From Myxococcota bacterium (lineage in GTDB: Bacteria > Myxococcota_A > UBA796 > SXON01), in NCBI GenBank assembly GCA_040386535.1, contig JAZKFH010000015.1:32001-96000 (forward strand): a DNA stretch of 64,000 nt, read 5' to 3'. The notes beneath the pieces are model-generated. The model ran no database searches. It saw only the letters and a list, made by a program, of their open reading frames with translations, and was not told where the DNA came from. The stretch's first letter is position 1; each line of letters opens with the position of its first letter. Below, one piece after another: positions 18,697 to 28,220 of the stretch. Made by a program: the position numbers and the translations under genes.

Positions 18697-19497
18697 ATGC
18701 ACCCGCTCATCCCCGCGTTCGAGCCCTTCGCCTTCGATGTCGGCCCCGTCGCCATCCACGGCTTCGGCATCCTCGTCGCCATCGGCTTTCTCATCGGCGG
18801 CAACGTCGCCCAGAAAAAGTCCGCGGAGTTCACCGGGGATCCGAAGGCGTCCGACCGGATCAACCGCCTCGTGGGCTGGCTCATCTTCGGCACCTTCGTC
18901 GGCGGTCACCTCGGCGACGTGTTGCTGTACCACCCGCAGGATCTGCTCACGGATCCGATGCTGATCTTCCGCGTGTGGGAGGGGCTCTCGAGCTTCGGCG
19001 GCTTCGCGATGTGTGTGCCGTTGTGCATCTGGTTCTTCTACCGGGAGAAGGTCAACCCCTGGCCCTACCTGGACGGGCTGGCGTTCGGCTTCGCCATCGG
19101 CTGGTTCTTCGGCCGCATGGGCTGCTTCTCCGCCCACGACCACCCCGGCGCGCAGACCAACTTCTGGCTCGGGGTGTACGGCATGTGCCCGGGCGGCAAC
19201 CCCACCATCGCCTGTCACGACCTCGGCCTGTACGAGGCCCTGTGGTCCGGCGCAGTCTTCCTGCTCTTCACCCTGCTCGACCGCAAGCCCCGCTTCCACG
19301 GCTTCTACGTCGCCTGGATCGCCGTCTTGTACGGTCCCTTCCGCTTCTTCCTCGACTTCGGCCGCTCCTCCCCCGTTGACGAGGGCGGCCGCCTCGCCGG
19401 CCTCACGCCCGCCCAGTACGGCAGCGTCATCGTGACGCTGCTCGGGTTCTGGATGTTGAGCGTGCGGTCAAAGTCGGCGATGCGGAAGGCGGCATAG
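18697..19497 (+). CDS. lgt: Prolipoprotein diacylglyceryl transferase
   Basis: VWEGLSSFGG, GRMGCF, HDLGLYE, YGPFRFFLDF, LTPAQ; multiple TMs. ATG at 18697. Confidence 0.88.
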   Translation: MHPLIPAFEPFAFDVGPVAIHGFGILVAIGFLIGGNVAQKKSAEFTGDPKASDRINRLVGWLIFGTFVGGHLGDVLLYHPQDLLTDPMLIFRVWEGLSSFGGFAMCVPLCIWFFYREKVNPWPYLDGLAFGFAIGWFFGRMGCFSAHDHPGAQTNFWLGVYGMCPGGNPTIACHDLGLYEALWSGAVFLLFTLLDRKPRFHGFYVAWIAVLYGPFRFFLDFGRSSPVDEGGRLAGLTPAQYGSVIVTLLGFWMLSVRSKSAMRKAA

Positions 19498-19512
19498 GCG
19501 CCGCCCGCGGGC

Positions 19513-21051
19513 CTAGTGGTCGATGCCGCTGTTGAGCTCGAAGCCCGTGATGGTGTCCAGCGAGGCGGAAGCCGGCTCGTAGAAGCTGATCCGCCCGAGA
19601 TCGTGCTCCTGGCTCACCCACGCCGTGTTGCCGCCGGGGAGCACGCCGAGGTGCACCGGCGCGCTCGGGAGCTTGATCTCGTCGTACAGCAGCGACTCGA
19701 AGTTCAGCACCTCGAGGTAGTCGAGCCCGTCGAGCACGAAGAAGCCCCACCGCCCGTCGTCGGAGGTGGCGAAGTTGGTCGGCTCCGCGTCGAGCACCAG
19801 CGGGTTCGTGCGGAAGTCGTCCAGATCGATGAGGGTCAGCGCCCATTCACCGTAGAAGGGGCTCGTGCCGTCGGCGCCTTCGGCGTCGGCCTCGGTGTGG
19901 AACACCAGCAAGGAGCCGCCGGTCGGGCTCACGCCCATCGACGCCACGGGCTTCACCAGGCTGCGCTCCGTGATCGTGCCCGTCTCCACGTCCCACACGC
20001 CATACGTCGTGAGGAGAGAGGCGTTCGTGTAGAGGATCGCGGTGTCGTCGTCGGCGAAGAGCACCGAGCCGTACGCGCTCGCCATCGGCGCGATCACCGG
20101 CGGGCTCCAGGGGTCGCGCGCGTCGAAGGTCCAGACCTCGCGGGCGCCGCGGGCCACCACGGAGATGCGCTCGCCGTCGGGAGACAGGTCCATGTCGGTC
20201 GGGTTCTCGCCGATGGGCACGCGATCGACGGCCCCGGCCACCAGATCCACCACCACGAGATCGGTGGCGCCGAACTGCCGCACGAACGCGAACGCGCCGT
20301 CGGGGGAGAGCTCCACCTCCTCCGCGACCGGCGCGTCCATGGGGTCCTCCTCGATGGGGACGAACCGGGGGGCGAGCGTCCCCGCGGTGAGGTCGACCAG
20401 CGCGAGCGACGCGTCGCTCACGACGACCGCGAGCGTGCCGTCGACGCTCCACTTCACGCCGTGGGGGTTGAAGCCCACCGCCATGGGCGTGTGGATGCCC
20501 GTCGCGAGGTTCACGAGGCTCACCTCGTTGAAGGAGAGCACGCCGTCGGCGGGGTCCTCGCTCTCGGCGTCGGGGTCGTACCAGGCCATCGCCCACTTGC
20601 CGTCATCCGAGAGGGCGAGGCGGTTGAGGTTCGGGCGCACGTCCACGTTGGCGACGGCCATGGTCGGCGCGTCCACGATGCTGATGTCGTCGCTGCCCTC
20701 GTTGAGCGTGACCGCGTAGGAGTAGTCCGCGGCGGTCGCGACGACAGCGGGCAGGGCGCCGACCTCGGCGGTAAGGGCCGCGAGCGAGGGCACGGACACG
20801 CGGGTGACCGTGCCGCGCGTCGGGTTGGCGATGAACACGTAGGCGTCGGTCGCAGCGGGCGCGAGGCGCAGGAAGTCGTCTTCCTCCTCGGCGGGCGGCT
20901 CGCTGTCGCCGTCGTCCGCCGTGTCCGAGGGGGGCGCCTCGCCCGCCCAGCCGGTGTCGTCGCTGGCCCCATCCGTCCTGGGGTTGAGGCTCATGTCGTT
21001 GTCGCAGGCGCCGAGCAGGGCGAGCGCGACGATTCCCAGGGAGGCGCGCAT
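19513..21051 (-). CDS. Acidic beta-propeller lipoprotein (YncE/YVTN-like), paralog of 23256-24803
   Basis: Lipobox LLGAC; repeated P....SPDG blades; C-terminal TITGFELN. Confidence 0.8.
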   Translation of the reverse strand: MRASLGIVALALLGACDNDMSLNPRTDGASDDTGWAGEAPPSDTADDGDSEPPAEEEDDFLRLAPAATDAYVFIANPTRGTVTRVSVPSLAALTAEVGALPAVVATAADYSYAVTLNEGSDDISIVDAPTMAVANVDVRPNLNRLALSDDGKWAMAWYDPDAESEDPADGVLSFNEVSLVNLATGIHTPMAVGFNPHGVKWSVDGTLAVVVSDASLALVDLTAGTLAPRFVPIEEDPMDAPVAEEVELSPDGAFAFVRQFGATDLVVVDLVAGAVDRVPIGENPTDMDLSPDGERISVVARGAREVWTFDARDPWSPPVIAPMASAYGSVLFADDDTAILYTNASLLTTYGVWDVETGTITERSLVKPVASMGVSPTGGSLLVFHTEADAEGADGTSPFYGEWALTLIDLDDFRTNPLVLDAEPTNFATSDDGRWGFFVLDGLDYLEVLNFESLLYDEIKLPSAPVHLGVLPGGNTAWVSQEHDLGRISFYEPASASLDTITGFELNSGIDH

Positions 21052-21680
21052 CAGAACCGCACGCCGACGCCCGCGCGCCCGGAGAAGCCTGAGAACTGCA
21101 CCGTGCCGAGATCCTGGAAGGCCATCGGCGCGAGCCAGCCGTACCCGACCTCGACGTAGGGCGCGATGGACACGTTGTCGCGGACCGGGATGAGGAAGTC
21201 CAGGCCGCCGCCGGCCAGGAACCCGCCGGTGAGGCCGGCGCGCTGGATCTGGGTGAGGTTCTCGTCGTCATTGCGGTCGTCGTCGAGGCGGGCGAGCCCG
21301 CGCATGCCGACCACCTGGGCGGTCACGTAGGGGTGCAACCACTTGAAGACCTTCACGTCCGCCTTCGAGCCCACGGTGATCTGGTCCGTGTACATCGCGG
21401 TCTGGAAGGAGTCCTGCTGGCTGTTGTAGTCATCCCCGTCCGATTCCGAGTACACGTCGGCGCCGTGGGTTGCGTGTTGCCACCCCGCGATGACGGCCAC
21501 GTTCGGATGGACGGCGAAGCCGGCCCGCAACCCGAACGAGTTCAGGGAGTCCGCCGCGGAGAAGGTGTCCCACGCCGGATCGTTGGCGCCGAGCCAGCCC
21601 AGCTCGAAGCTGACCTCGTGCGTGGCGGCGGCGGCGGGCGACACGGCCGCGCAGAGGAGGGAGAGAAGGGTCGAGAGCAT
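21051..21680 (-). CDS. Small outer-membrane beta-barrel protein
   Basis: Signal peptide, alternating amphipathic strands, C-terminal GVGVRF (terminal Phe). ATG at 21680. Confidence 0.75.
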   Translation of the reverse strand: MLSTLLSLLCAAVSPAAAATHEVSFELGWLGANDPAWDTFSAADSLNSFGLRAGFAVHPNVAVIAGWQHATHGADVYSESDGDDYNSQQDSFQTAMYTDQITVGSKADVKVFKWLHPYVTAQVVGMRGLARLDDDRNDDENLTQIQRAGLTGGFLAGGGLDFLIPVRDNVSIAPYVEVGYGWLAPMAFQDLGTVQFSGFSGRAGVGVRF

Positions 21681-21682
21681 GA

Positions 21683-23263
21683 TCACTCCTCCACGCCGCG
21701 GCGGGGCAGCCGGGGGCGATCGAGCAGGCCCGTCGACGCGAAGCCGGCGGCGGTGGTGAGGGTCTCGGTGGCGGCGTCCACGAAGGTGACGAGGCCGAGG
21801 GCGTTGGGGTGGGTCACCACGAACAGGCCGCCGGGCATCGCGTCGATGCCGACGGGGGGCTCCTCGAGCACGATCTCGCTCGCCGTGGCGGCGGCCACGT
21901 CGATCTTCTGGAGGCCGTCCACGCCCTCCATCAGCACCAGGGCGTAGTTGGCGGCGTCGTCCGTCGTGAGCGCGAAGCCGACCGGCTCGCCTTCGAGCAG
22001 CAGGGCGACCGGATCGCGGGGCTCCGCGCCGAGATCGAACAGGCCCAGCCCGTAGTACTGGTCGTAGAAGCCCGACACGTCGTTTCCGGTCGAGCGTTCG
22101 GTGTTCATCGTCGCGACGCCCCAGGCGGCATCTGCGGTCAGGCGCAGCTCCATGACCGGGTTCTCGGCGCGCTCCTCGTGCAGCGTGCCCGCGATCGTGT
22201 CGAAGAGGTACACGTCGTGCGTGTTGCCGCGGTCGTTGTAGAGGACCACCTGGCCGTCGCCGCCCGACAGACGCGTGCACGGCTCGTCGAGTGGGTAGCT
22301 CGCGAGCTCGAACAGCTCGTGCTCGAGCACATCGAGCGTGGAGCGGTTGGCGTACACGATCAGGGTGTGGTTGGTCGCCTCGTCGACGAGCAGGTCGGCC
22401 GGAACGCCGTCGAGCTCGACGATGTCGATGCTCTCGTTCGTCAGGTCGAGCACGTACAGCTCGCTCTGGCCGGACACGCTCACCAGGGCGTAGTCGGTGT
22501 CCCCGCCGTCGTCGGAGATGAGGACCGCGTTGTCGGGGTCGACCTCCTGGTCGACGTCGAGCGTGAGCGGGTAGACGACGGTGCGGGTCCACGCGTCCTC
22601 GCCCACGAGCGAGACGACGGCGACCTTGCTGCGCGAGAGGACCAGGGCGTTCTCCCCGTCGGCGCTGAACAGCACGTTCTCGGGGGCGAACCCGACCGGC
22701 ACGGCGTGGGTCTCGCCCGACGCGATGTCGACGAACACGGCCTCGGTGAGGTTGAGCACGCCGGACACGTCGATGGAGGCGCCCGCCGAGAAGTCCAGGT
22801 AGGCGACGGCCAGCGTGCCGGCGTCGTTGAAGGCGAAGGCGTTGTACTGGGAGGGCACGTCGAGCGCGTGCTCGACCGCGCCGTCACGAATGAGCACCAG
22901 CTCGGAGGCCGTGTCGAGGTCCTCGTTGCGACACTCGTCGACGTAGACGATGCCGGGATCGTCGTCCGAACACACCGGCCACGACACGAACGCGAGGATC
23001 GTCTCGTCGTCGGGGGCGAGCACCATGCGGTCCGCGGAGGCGCCCGCGAGATCCACGGCCGCGAAGCTCCCGTCGGGCTTCACACGGACCAGGTCGCCGG
23101 CGGCGGGGAGGCGCACGTACACGCCGTCGGCGGCGGGCACCACCGCGGGGTCCCAGGTCGAGGCGTCGAGGTAGCCGGTGCTGTTGCCGGGCAAATCCCA
23201 CGGTTCGCAGCCGGAAAGCAGCGCCAGGAGCGGCACGCCGAGGAGGAGGAGGGACCTAGTCAT
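21683..23263 (-). CDS. Acidic beta-propeller lipoprotein
   Basis: Lipobox LLSGC; VPVGFAPENVLFSADG-type blades; ends with TLTTAAGF. ATG at 23263. Confidence 0.75.
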   Translation of the reverse strand: MTRSLLLLGVPLLALLSGCEPWDLPGNSTGYLDASTWDPAVVPAADGVYVRLPAAGDLVRVKPDGSFAAVDLAGASADRMVLAPDDETILAFVSWPVCSDDDPGIVYVDECRNEDLDTASELVLIRDGAVEHALDVPSQYNAFAFNDAGTLAVAYLDFSAGASIDVSGVLNLTEAVFVDIASGETHAVPVGFAPENVLFSADGENALVLSRSKVAVVSLVGEDAWTRTVVYPLTLDVDQEVDPDNAVLISDDGGDTDYALVSVSGQSELYVLDLTNESIDIVELDGVPADLLVDEATNHTLIVYANRSTLDVLEHELFELASYPLDEPCTRLSGGDGQVVLYNDRGNTHDVYLFDTIAGTLHEERAENPVMELRLTADAAWGVATMNTERSTGNDVSGFYDQYYGLGLFDLGAEPRDPVALLLEGEPVGFALTTDDAANYALVLMEGVDGLQKIDVAAATASEIVLEEPPVGIDAMPGGLFVVTHPNALGLVTFVDAATETLTTAAGFASTGLLDRPRLPRRGVEE

Positions 23264-24803
23264 GTTCGATCTCACTGTTCAGCTCGAAACCGGTGATGGT
23301 GTCGAGCGTGTCGGCATCGGGGTCGTAGAAGGAGAGGCGGCCGAGATCGTGGTCCTGGCTGACCCAGGCGGTCTCGCTGCCGGGGAGCACGCCGAGGTGC
23401 ACCGGCGGGCTCTTCAGCGTCACCTCCTCGTAGAGGAGGGTCTCAAAGTCGAGCACTTCCAGCCACTTGTTTCCCTCCATCACGAAGTAGCCGTACCGGC
23501 CGTCGTCGCTGGTGGTGTAGGAGGTGGGCTCGGCGGGGAGCAACATGGGGTTCTGGCGGAAGTCGCCCAGATCGATGAGGGTCAACGCCCACTCGCCGGC
23601 GAAGGGGCTGTCGGGATCGGCGTCGGTGGCGTCTTCGCGGGTGTGGAACGCGAGCAGCGACCCGCCGGTCGGGCTCACGCCGAAGCTCTGCACGGGCTTG
23701 ACCAGGCTGCGCTCCGTGATGGTGCCGGTGGTGGTGTCCCACACGGCGAACGACGCGAGCAGCGAGGCGTTCGTGTAGAGGATCGCCTGCGTGCCGTCAC
23801 CTGTGTAGAGCAACGACCCGTAGGGGGACTCGAACGGCACCACCGTCGCGTCGGCGAAGGGGTTGGTCGCTTCGAGGACCCAGAGCTCCTGCGCCCCGCG
23901 GGACACCACGGTGAGCTGATTGCCGTCGGGCGACAGGTCGAGATCCGTCGGGTTGTCGCCCACGGTGACGCGGTCGACGGCGAGCGTGACGAGGTCGACC
24001 ACGACCAGATCGTTGGACCCGAACTGGCGCACGTAGGCGTAGGTGCCGTCGGGCGAGAGCTCGACCTCCTCGGCCTCGGGGGCGTCCACCGGGTCGTCCG
24101 CGATCTCGATGAGCGTCGGCGCGAGGGTGGCGGCGGTCAGGTCGATGAGCGCGAGCGAGGCGTCGCTCACGACGAGCGCGAGGGTGCCGTCCTCGCTCCA
24201 CCGCACGCCGCGTGGGTTGAATCCCACAGCGAGGGGGGTGTGTGCGCCCACGTCGAGCCGCACGAAGCTCACCTCGTTGAAGCTCTGCACGCCGCCGTCG
24301 CCCCCGCCCTCGTCGAGATCGGGGTCGTACCAGGCCATGACCCAGGCGGCGTCGCCCGAGAGCGCGAGGCGGTTGAAGTTGGGCCGGATGTCGACGTTCA
24401 CCACGTCGAGCGTGGCGGCCTCGATGATGCTGACGGAGTCGTCGCCCTCGTTCAACGTCACGGCGCGTGAGTAGTCCGCGGTGGTCTGGATGACGGACGG
24501 GCCCTCGCCCACGGCGGTGGTGAGCACCTCGAGGCTCGGCACCGAGATGCGCGTGACCGTGTCGCGCGTCGGGTTGGCGACGAACACGTAGGCGTCGGTC
24601 GCGGAGGGCGCGAGGGAGAGGAAGTCGTCCTCCTCTTCGGGCGGGCCGTCGTCGTCGTCATCCGTGTCGCCATCGACGTCCGCGTCGGCGGAGGAGCCGC
24701 CGGTGTCGTCTCGGGCGCCGTCGTCTTCCTCGGCGGAGATGCCGAGGTCGTAGGAGGAGCAGCTCGCGAGGAGCAGCACGAGGGGGAAGGGGAATCGGAG
24801 CAT
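23256..24803 (-). CDS. Acidic beta-propeller lipoprotein, paralog of 19513-21051
   Basis: Lipobox LLASC; long stretches shared with 19513-21051 (EEEDDFL.LAP.ATDAYVF.ANPTR, FNEVS, TITERSLVKPV, TITGFELN). Alternative ATG at 24815. Confidence 0.8.
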   Translation of the reverse strand: MLRFPFPLVLLLASCSSYDLGISAEEDDGARDDTGGSSADADVDGDTDDDDDGPPEEEDDFLSLAPSATDAYVFVANPTRDTVTRISVPSLEVLTTAVGEGPSVIQTTADYSRAVTLNEGDDSVSIIEAATLDVVNVDIRPNFNRLALSGDAAWVMAWYDPDLDEGGGDGGVQSFNEVSFVRLDVGAHTPLAVGFNPRGVRWSEDGTLALVVSDASLALIDLTAATLAPTLIEIADDPVDAPEAEEVELSPDGTYAYVRQFGSNDLVVVDLVTLAVDRVTVGDNPTDLDLSPDGNQLTVVSRGAQELWVLEATNPFADATVVPFESPYGSLLYTGDGTQAILYTNASLLASFAVWDTTTGTITERSLVKPVQSFGVSPTGGSLLAFHTREDATDADPDSPFAGEWALTLIDLGDFRQNPMLLPAEPTSYTTSDDGRYGYFVMEGNKWLEVLDFETLLYEEVTLKSPPVHLGVLPGSETAWVSQDHDLGRLSFYDPDADTLDTITGFELNSEIEHD

Positions 24804-24826
24804 GCGGCTCTCCATGCGATGCGAGA

Positions 24827-24842
24827 AGCACGAACCATGCCA
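24827..24842 (-). promoter_or_regulatory. Sigma54 (-24/-12) promoter of the beta-propeller operon
   Basis: Minus strand TGGCATGGTTCGTGCT = GG-N10-GC. Confidence 0.6.
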
Positions 24843-24939
24843 TTTTGCGACGCGGTTGGGAGCGTGCGCTGCAAAGCACGCTTCTCCGTGGTCGGGGCCG
24901 CTGCCGCCGGCGTGCACGCGCGCGCTCGCGACCTGGATG

Positions 24940-25461
24940 TCAGGAACGCGAAGGGACCCCGGCGCGTTCGACCATCAGGAGCGCGACGATCGACTTGGCG
25001 TCCGTCATCTCGCCGCGTGCGATCAGGGCGACCGCCTCCGCGAGGGGCATGCGGACGGGCGCGATGACCTCGTCCTCATCGAGCTGGGTCGGCACGTCGG
25101 TCAGCCCCGTCGCGACGTAGAGGTGGATGACCTCGTCCGTGAACGCCGGCGTGGTGTGGATCGTGGTCAGGTGCACGAGGGTGCCGACCAGGCCGACCTC
25201 CTCCGCGAGCTCGCGGGCCGCGCACACCGCCGGGGACTCGCCCGGGTCGAGCTTGCCGGCGGGGATCTCCCAGATGGTGCCGCCCGCGGCGTGGCGGTGC
25301 TGCCGGATGAGCGTGACCGTGCCGTCGGCGTGGAGGGGCACGACGGCGGCGGCGCCGGGGTGGCGGAGCACCGCGAGGTCGACCACGCGGCCGGTCGGGA
25401 GGGCCACGGTCTCGACGCCGTAGTCCCCGATGGCGCTGGTGTGGATCGAGCGGCGCTGCAC
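24940..25461 (-). CDS. NUDIX hydrolase (ADP-ribose pyrophosphatase type)
   Basis: HPGAAAVVP, Nudix box WEIPAGKLDPGESPAVCAARELAEEVG, DAKS. Confidence 0.9.
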   Translation of the reverse strand: MQRRSIHTSAIGDYGVETVALPTGRVVDLAVLRHPGAAAVVPLHADGTVTLIRQHRHAAGGTIWEIPAGKLDPGESPAVCAARELAEEVGLVGTLVHLTTIHTTPAFTDEVIHLYVATGLTDVPTQLDEDEVIAPVRMPLAEAVALIARGEMTDAKSIVALLMVERAGVPSRS

Positions 25462-25466
25462 CGGGC

Positions 25467-26069
25467 CTATTCCTGCTCGATCAGCGGGTAGGTGATGGCG
25501 CCCGTCACGTCGACGACGAGGTAGCTGGTCCAGTACTCGAACTGGTAGCCGTACGTGATGGTCGTCCCGTCGAAGCTGGCGCTCTCGTCGGACGCGGACT
25601 CCTCGAGCCCGCCGTCGTTCTCCTGGAAGAAGTAGACGGCGGCGGCGTCATCCGAGAGGACCACGCCGCGCCAGCCGGTGCCGAGGCCGAGGTAGCCGTC
25701 ACACGCGCTCTCGCGGTCGGGCTCTACTTCGTAGAACCAGTCGCAGATGCCGCAGAGGTCATGGAGCGCCTCGTAGTCGCTGGAGCCCTCGAGGACCGCG
25801 CTGCCGGTCTCGACGACCGTCTCGTCGCACGAATAGTCGAGGTACTCCGACTCGAACACGAAGCGCCGCGTGGCGTTCCACACCGTGTAGTCCGGCACCA
25901 TGACCGGCTCGATGTCCGTGTCGACCGAGGTGTCGTCCGTGTCGGCTGCGGTGTCGTCCGCGTCGGGCGCGGTGTCGTCAGCCACGTCTCCAGCTGTGTC
26001 ATCCGCGAGCTTGATGGAGCCCGGGTTGCATGCGGAGAGGAACAGGACAGAAAGCAGGGTGCGTGACAT
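25467..26069 (-). CDS. Acidic lipoprotein with Asp/Thr-rich linker, hypothetical
   Basis: Lipobox LSAC, DDTAGDVADDTAPDADDTAADTDD linker, CGIC motif. ATG at 26069. Confidence 0.7.
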   Translation of the reverse strand: MSRTLLSVLFLSACNPGSIKLADDTAGDVADDTAPDADDTAADTDDTSVDTDIEPVMVPDYTVWNATRRFVFESEYLDYSCDETVVETGSAVLEGSSDYEALHDLCGICDWFYEVEPDRESACDGYLGLGTGWRGVVLSDDAAAVYFFQENDGGLEESASDESASFDGTTITYGYQFEYWTSYLVVDVTGAITYPLIEQE

Positions 26070-26155
26070 GTTCGTTCCGTGGAGGGCCGGGGCTATTAAC
26101 CCACGAGGCTCATGTTCCGAACGATTCATGCCACGCACCGTGGCTTTTTGCAATG

Positions 26156-26241
26156 TGGTGCGGGAGAGGGGACTTGAACCCCTACGGGAGTTACCCCACC
26201 AGGTCCTGAGCCTGGCGCGTCTGCCATTCCGCCACCCCCGC
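26156..26241 (-). tRNA. tRNA-Leu(CAG)
   Basis: Minus strand GCGGGGGTGGCGGAATGGCAGACGCG-CCAGG-CTCAGGA-CCTGG, long variable arm, GGTTCAAGTCC, acceptor end CCCGCACCA (encoded CCA). Confidence 0.97.
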
Positions 26242-26267
26242 GGGTGACTCTTCGGTCGCCCACCGAT

Positions 26268-28220
26268 TTATGGGGGTGGCTGCACGGTGTCAAGGTCATC
26301 CGGCGCGACGGATCGCGAATCCAGCCGCCACACCTCCCAACGGGCGCCGGCGTACAGCCGGGTGGCGTCCCGCAGGAGCAGGTCCCGCAGCTGTGTCTCG
26401 GGGGCTTTGAACTGGGCTTCGAGCACGTCCGGCTTCAAGAAGGGGTAGCTCTTCTTGAGGAAGTGCACGTCGCCGACGAGGAGGTAGCGCACGCCGCCGT
26501 CCGCGAGGGCGGTGAGCGCGTCATCCCCGTGTTGCCACACCCAGTAGCGGGTGGGGACGTGGTCCTCGACGGAGCCCAGGATCCAGGGCTGCGGCACGTA
26601 GTAGCCGTGCCACGCGAACAACATCGCGACCGGCGCGTCTGCCGGGACGTGCTCGCGCAGGAACCGCAGGGCCTCCCAGGCGGGGAGGGTGTCCGAGAGG
26701 AACGCGTCCCTCGTCTGGTTGCCGGTCGCCACGGCCATCCGCTCGGCGGTGCGTTGCCAGGCCGGCGCGAGGTTCGCGGGGAGCGACACCACGAGGAGCA
26801 GCCACGCTGGCCATCGTCGAGGGAGGGCGCCGCCCGCGAGCGCGGCGATCGCGGCCACCGGTAGCAGGTAGCGGACGATCTGCGCGCCGAGGGCCCAGCC
26901 GACGAACCCAAGCGCCGCGACGAAGGCGAGCCTCCGCACCGCGCCGTCGCGACGCGAGGCCCCCACCGCCGCCGCCGCGAGCGCCGCCCACAACAGCGAG
27001 ACGCGCCCGAGGAACACGAACGAGTCCGTCTCCGCGCGCATCAGGAGGTTCCACGGGAGCAGCGCGGTCGCGAGCAGATCCCGCCCGAGCCCGTACTTCT
27101 CGGGGTAGACGAACACGAACGCGGCGCCGGGGACGTCGGACGTCGGCCATCCCGCGAACGGGAAGAGCGGGTGGAGCCCCTCGTACACGTTGCGGGCCCA
27201 CCAGGGGACGACGGGCGCGAGCGTCGCGATCGCGGCGAGCACGATGCGGCGGGGATGCGCGCGGAGCCCGTCCCATGCGGCGATCAGCGCGAGCCCGCCG
27301 ACCACCGGGGCCGCGGTGTACTTGGCCGCGAGCGCGAAGCCGCACATCCAGCCCATCAGGACCCAGCGGCGCGCCAGCATCGCGTCGGCGGCGACGAGGA
27401 GCCAGAGGGCCACGACGTGGTTGTTGTAGGCGAGTCCGGCCTCGCGGAGCCAGCTCCACGACCCGAGCAGGGACAGCGCGGGCAGATCGCCCTGGCCGCG
27501 GCCGAAGCGGGCCTCCGCCAGCGTGCGTACGCCGAGCGCGAGGACGGCGGTGATGGCGAGGTGCCAGAGGCGGGGCGCGGCCTCGCCGCCGAGGGCGTAG
27601 AGGGCCGCGAACACGAGGTGGACGGGCAGGGGGCGGCTGCCGTCGGGGTTCAGGAGCCCGCCCAGCAGGTGGCCGCTCTCGACCATCCGCCGCGGGAGCG
27701 CGAGGTGGTAGGAGAGCTCGTCGGTGTCCGTCGGGGGCGCGAGCGCCTCGACGAGGCCGGGCAGGAGGAACGCGACGCCGACCACCCACACGGCAACGGG
27801 GACCTCGGGGAGGCGGATCCGGGGGCGGGCGGCCCAGCCGGCGGCGGTCGCGAGCACGACGGTCGCCGCGGCGATGGGCCCGATGGCGCCGGCCAGCGCG
27901 AACAGCCCCATCCCCGCGCCCTGGACGGCCACGCCGAGGCCCAGCGCCGCGAGCCAGCCCGAGGGGGCGTCGAGCGCCTCGGGCGCCGTCGCGCGCAGCA
28001 GGGCCCCGCCGGCGCCCATCGCGGCCACGAGCGCCACGAGCGCGGGGACACCGCCACGCGCGAGCGCGAGGAAGGCCTCGGGGCGGACGGTGCCCGCGGG
28101 GTCGAGCGCCACGAACGTGACGGCGAGCGCGACCGCGAGGAGCGCGGCGAGCCCGGCGCGTCCGCGCGCGGGGCCGGGCGCTGACGTGCCGACGGCCTCG
28201 ACCTGCGCGGGCTCGCTCAC
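26268..28220 (-). CDS. Polytopic GT-C-fold (ArnT/PMT-like) glycosyltransferase
   Basis: More than 12 TMs, loop motif PPTDTDELSYHLALP, AAKYT, PWWARN...HPLFPF, RYLLP. GTG at 28220 overlaps the upstream stop. Confidence 0.7.
   Translation of the reverse strand: MSEPAQVEAVGTSAPGPARGRAGLAALLAVALAVTFVALDPAGTVRPEAFLALARGGVPALVALVAAMGAGGALLRATAPEALDAPSGWLAALGLGVAVQGAGMGLFALAGAIGPIAAATVVLATAAGWAARPRIRLPEVPVAVWVVGVAFLLPGLVEALAPPTDTDELSYHLALPRRMVESGHLLGGLLNPDGSRPLPVHLVFAALYALGGEAAPRLWHLAITAVLALGVRTLAEARFGRGQGDLPALSLLGSWSWLREAGLAYNNHVVALWLLVAADAMLARRWVLMGWMCGFALAAKYTAAPVVGGLALIAAWDGLRAHPRRIVLAAIATLAPVVPWWARNVYEGLHPLFPFAGWPTSDVPGAAFVFVYPEKYGLGRDLLATALLPWNLLMRAETDSFVFLGRVSLLWAALAAAAVGASRRDGAVRRLAFVAALGFVGWALGAQIVRYLLPVAAIAALAGGALPRRWPAWLLLVVSLPANLAPAWQRTAERMAVATGNQTRDAFLSDTLPAWEALRFLREHVPADAPVAMLFAWHGYYVPQPWILGSVEDHVPTRYWVWQHGDDALTALADGGVRYLLVGDVHFLKKSYPFLKPDVLEAQFKAPETQLRDLLLRDATRLYAGARWEVWRLDSRSVAPDDLDTVQPPP

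Noticed and set aside
26119..26133. Sigma54-like TGGCATGAATCGTTC upstream of the 25467-26069 lipoprotein
   Set aside because: The -24 half is good but the -12 reads TC instead of GC, which is too weak to list as a feature.
26156..26241. tRNA-Leu as an integration site of an island or prophage
   Set aside because: No integrase and no duplicated tRNA 3' end were seen in the window.
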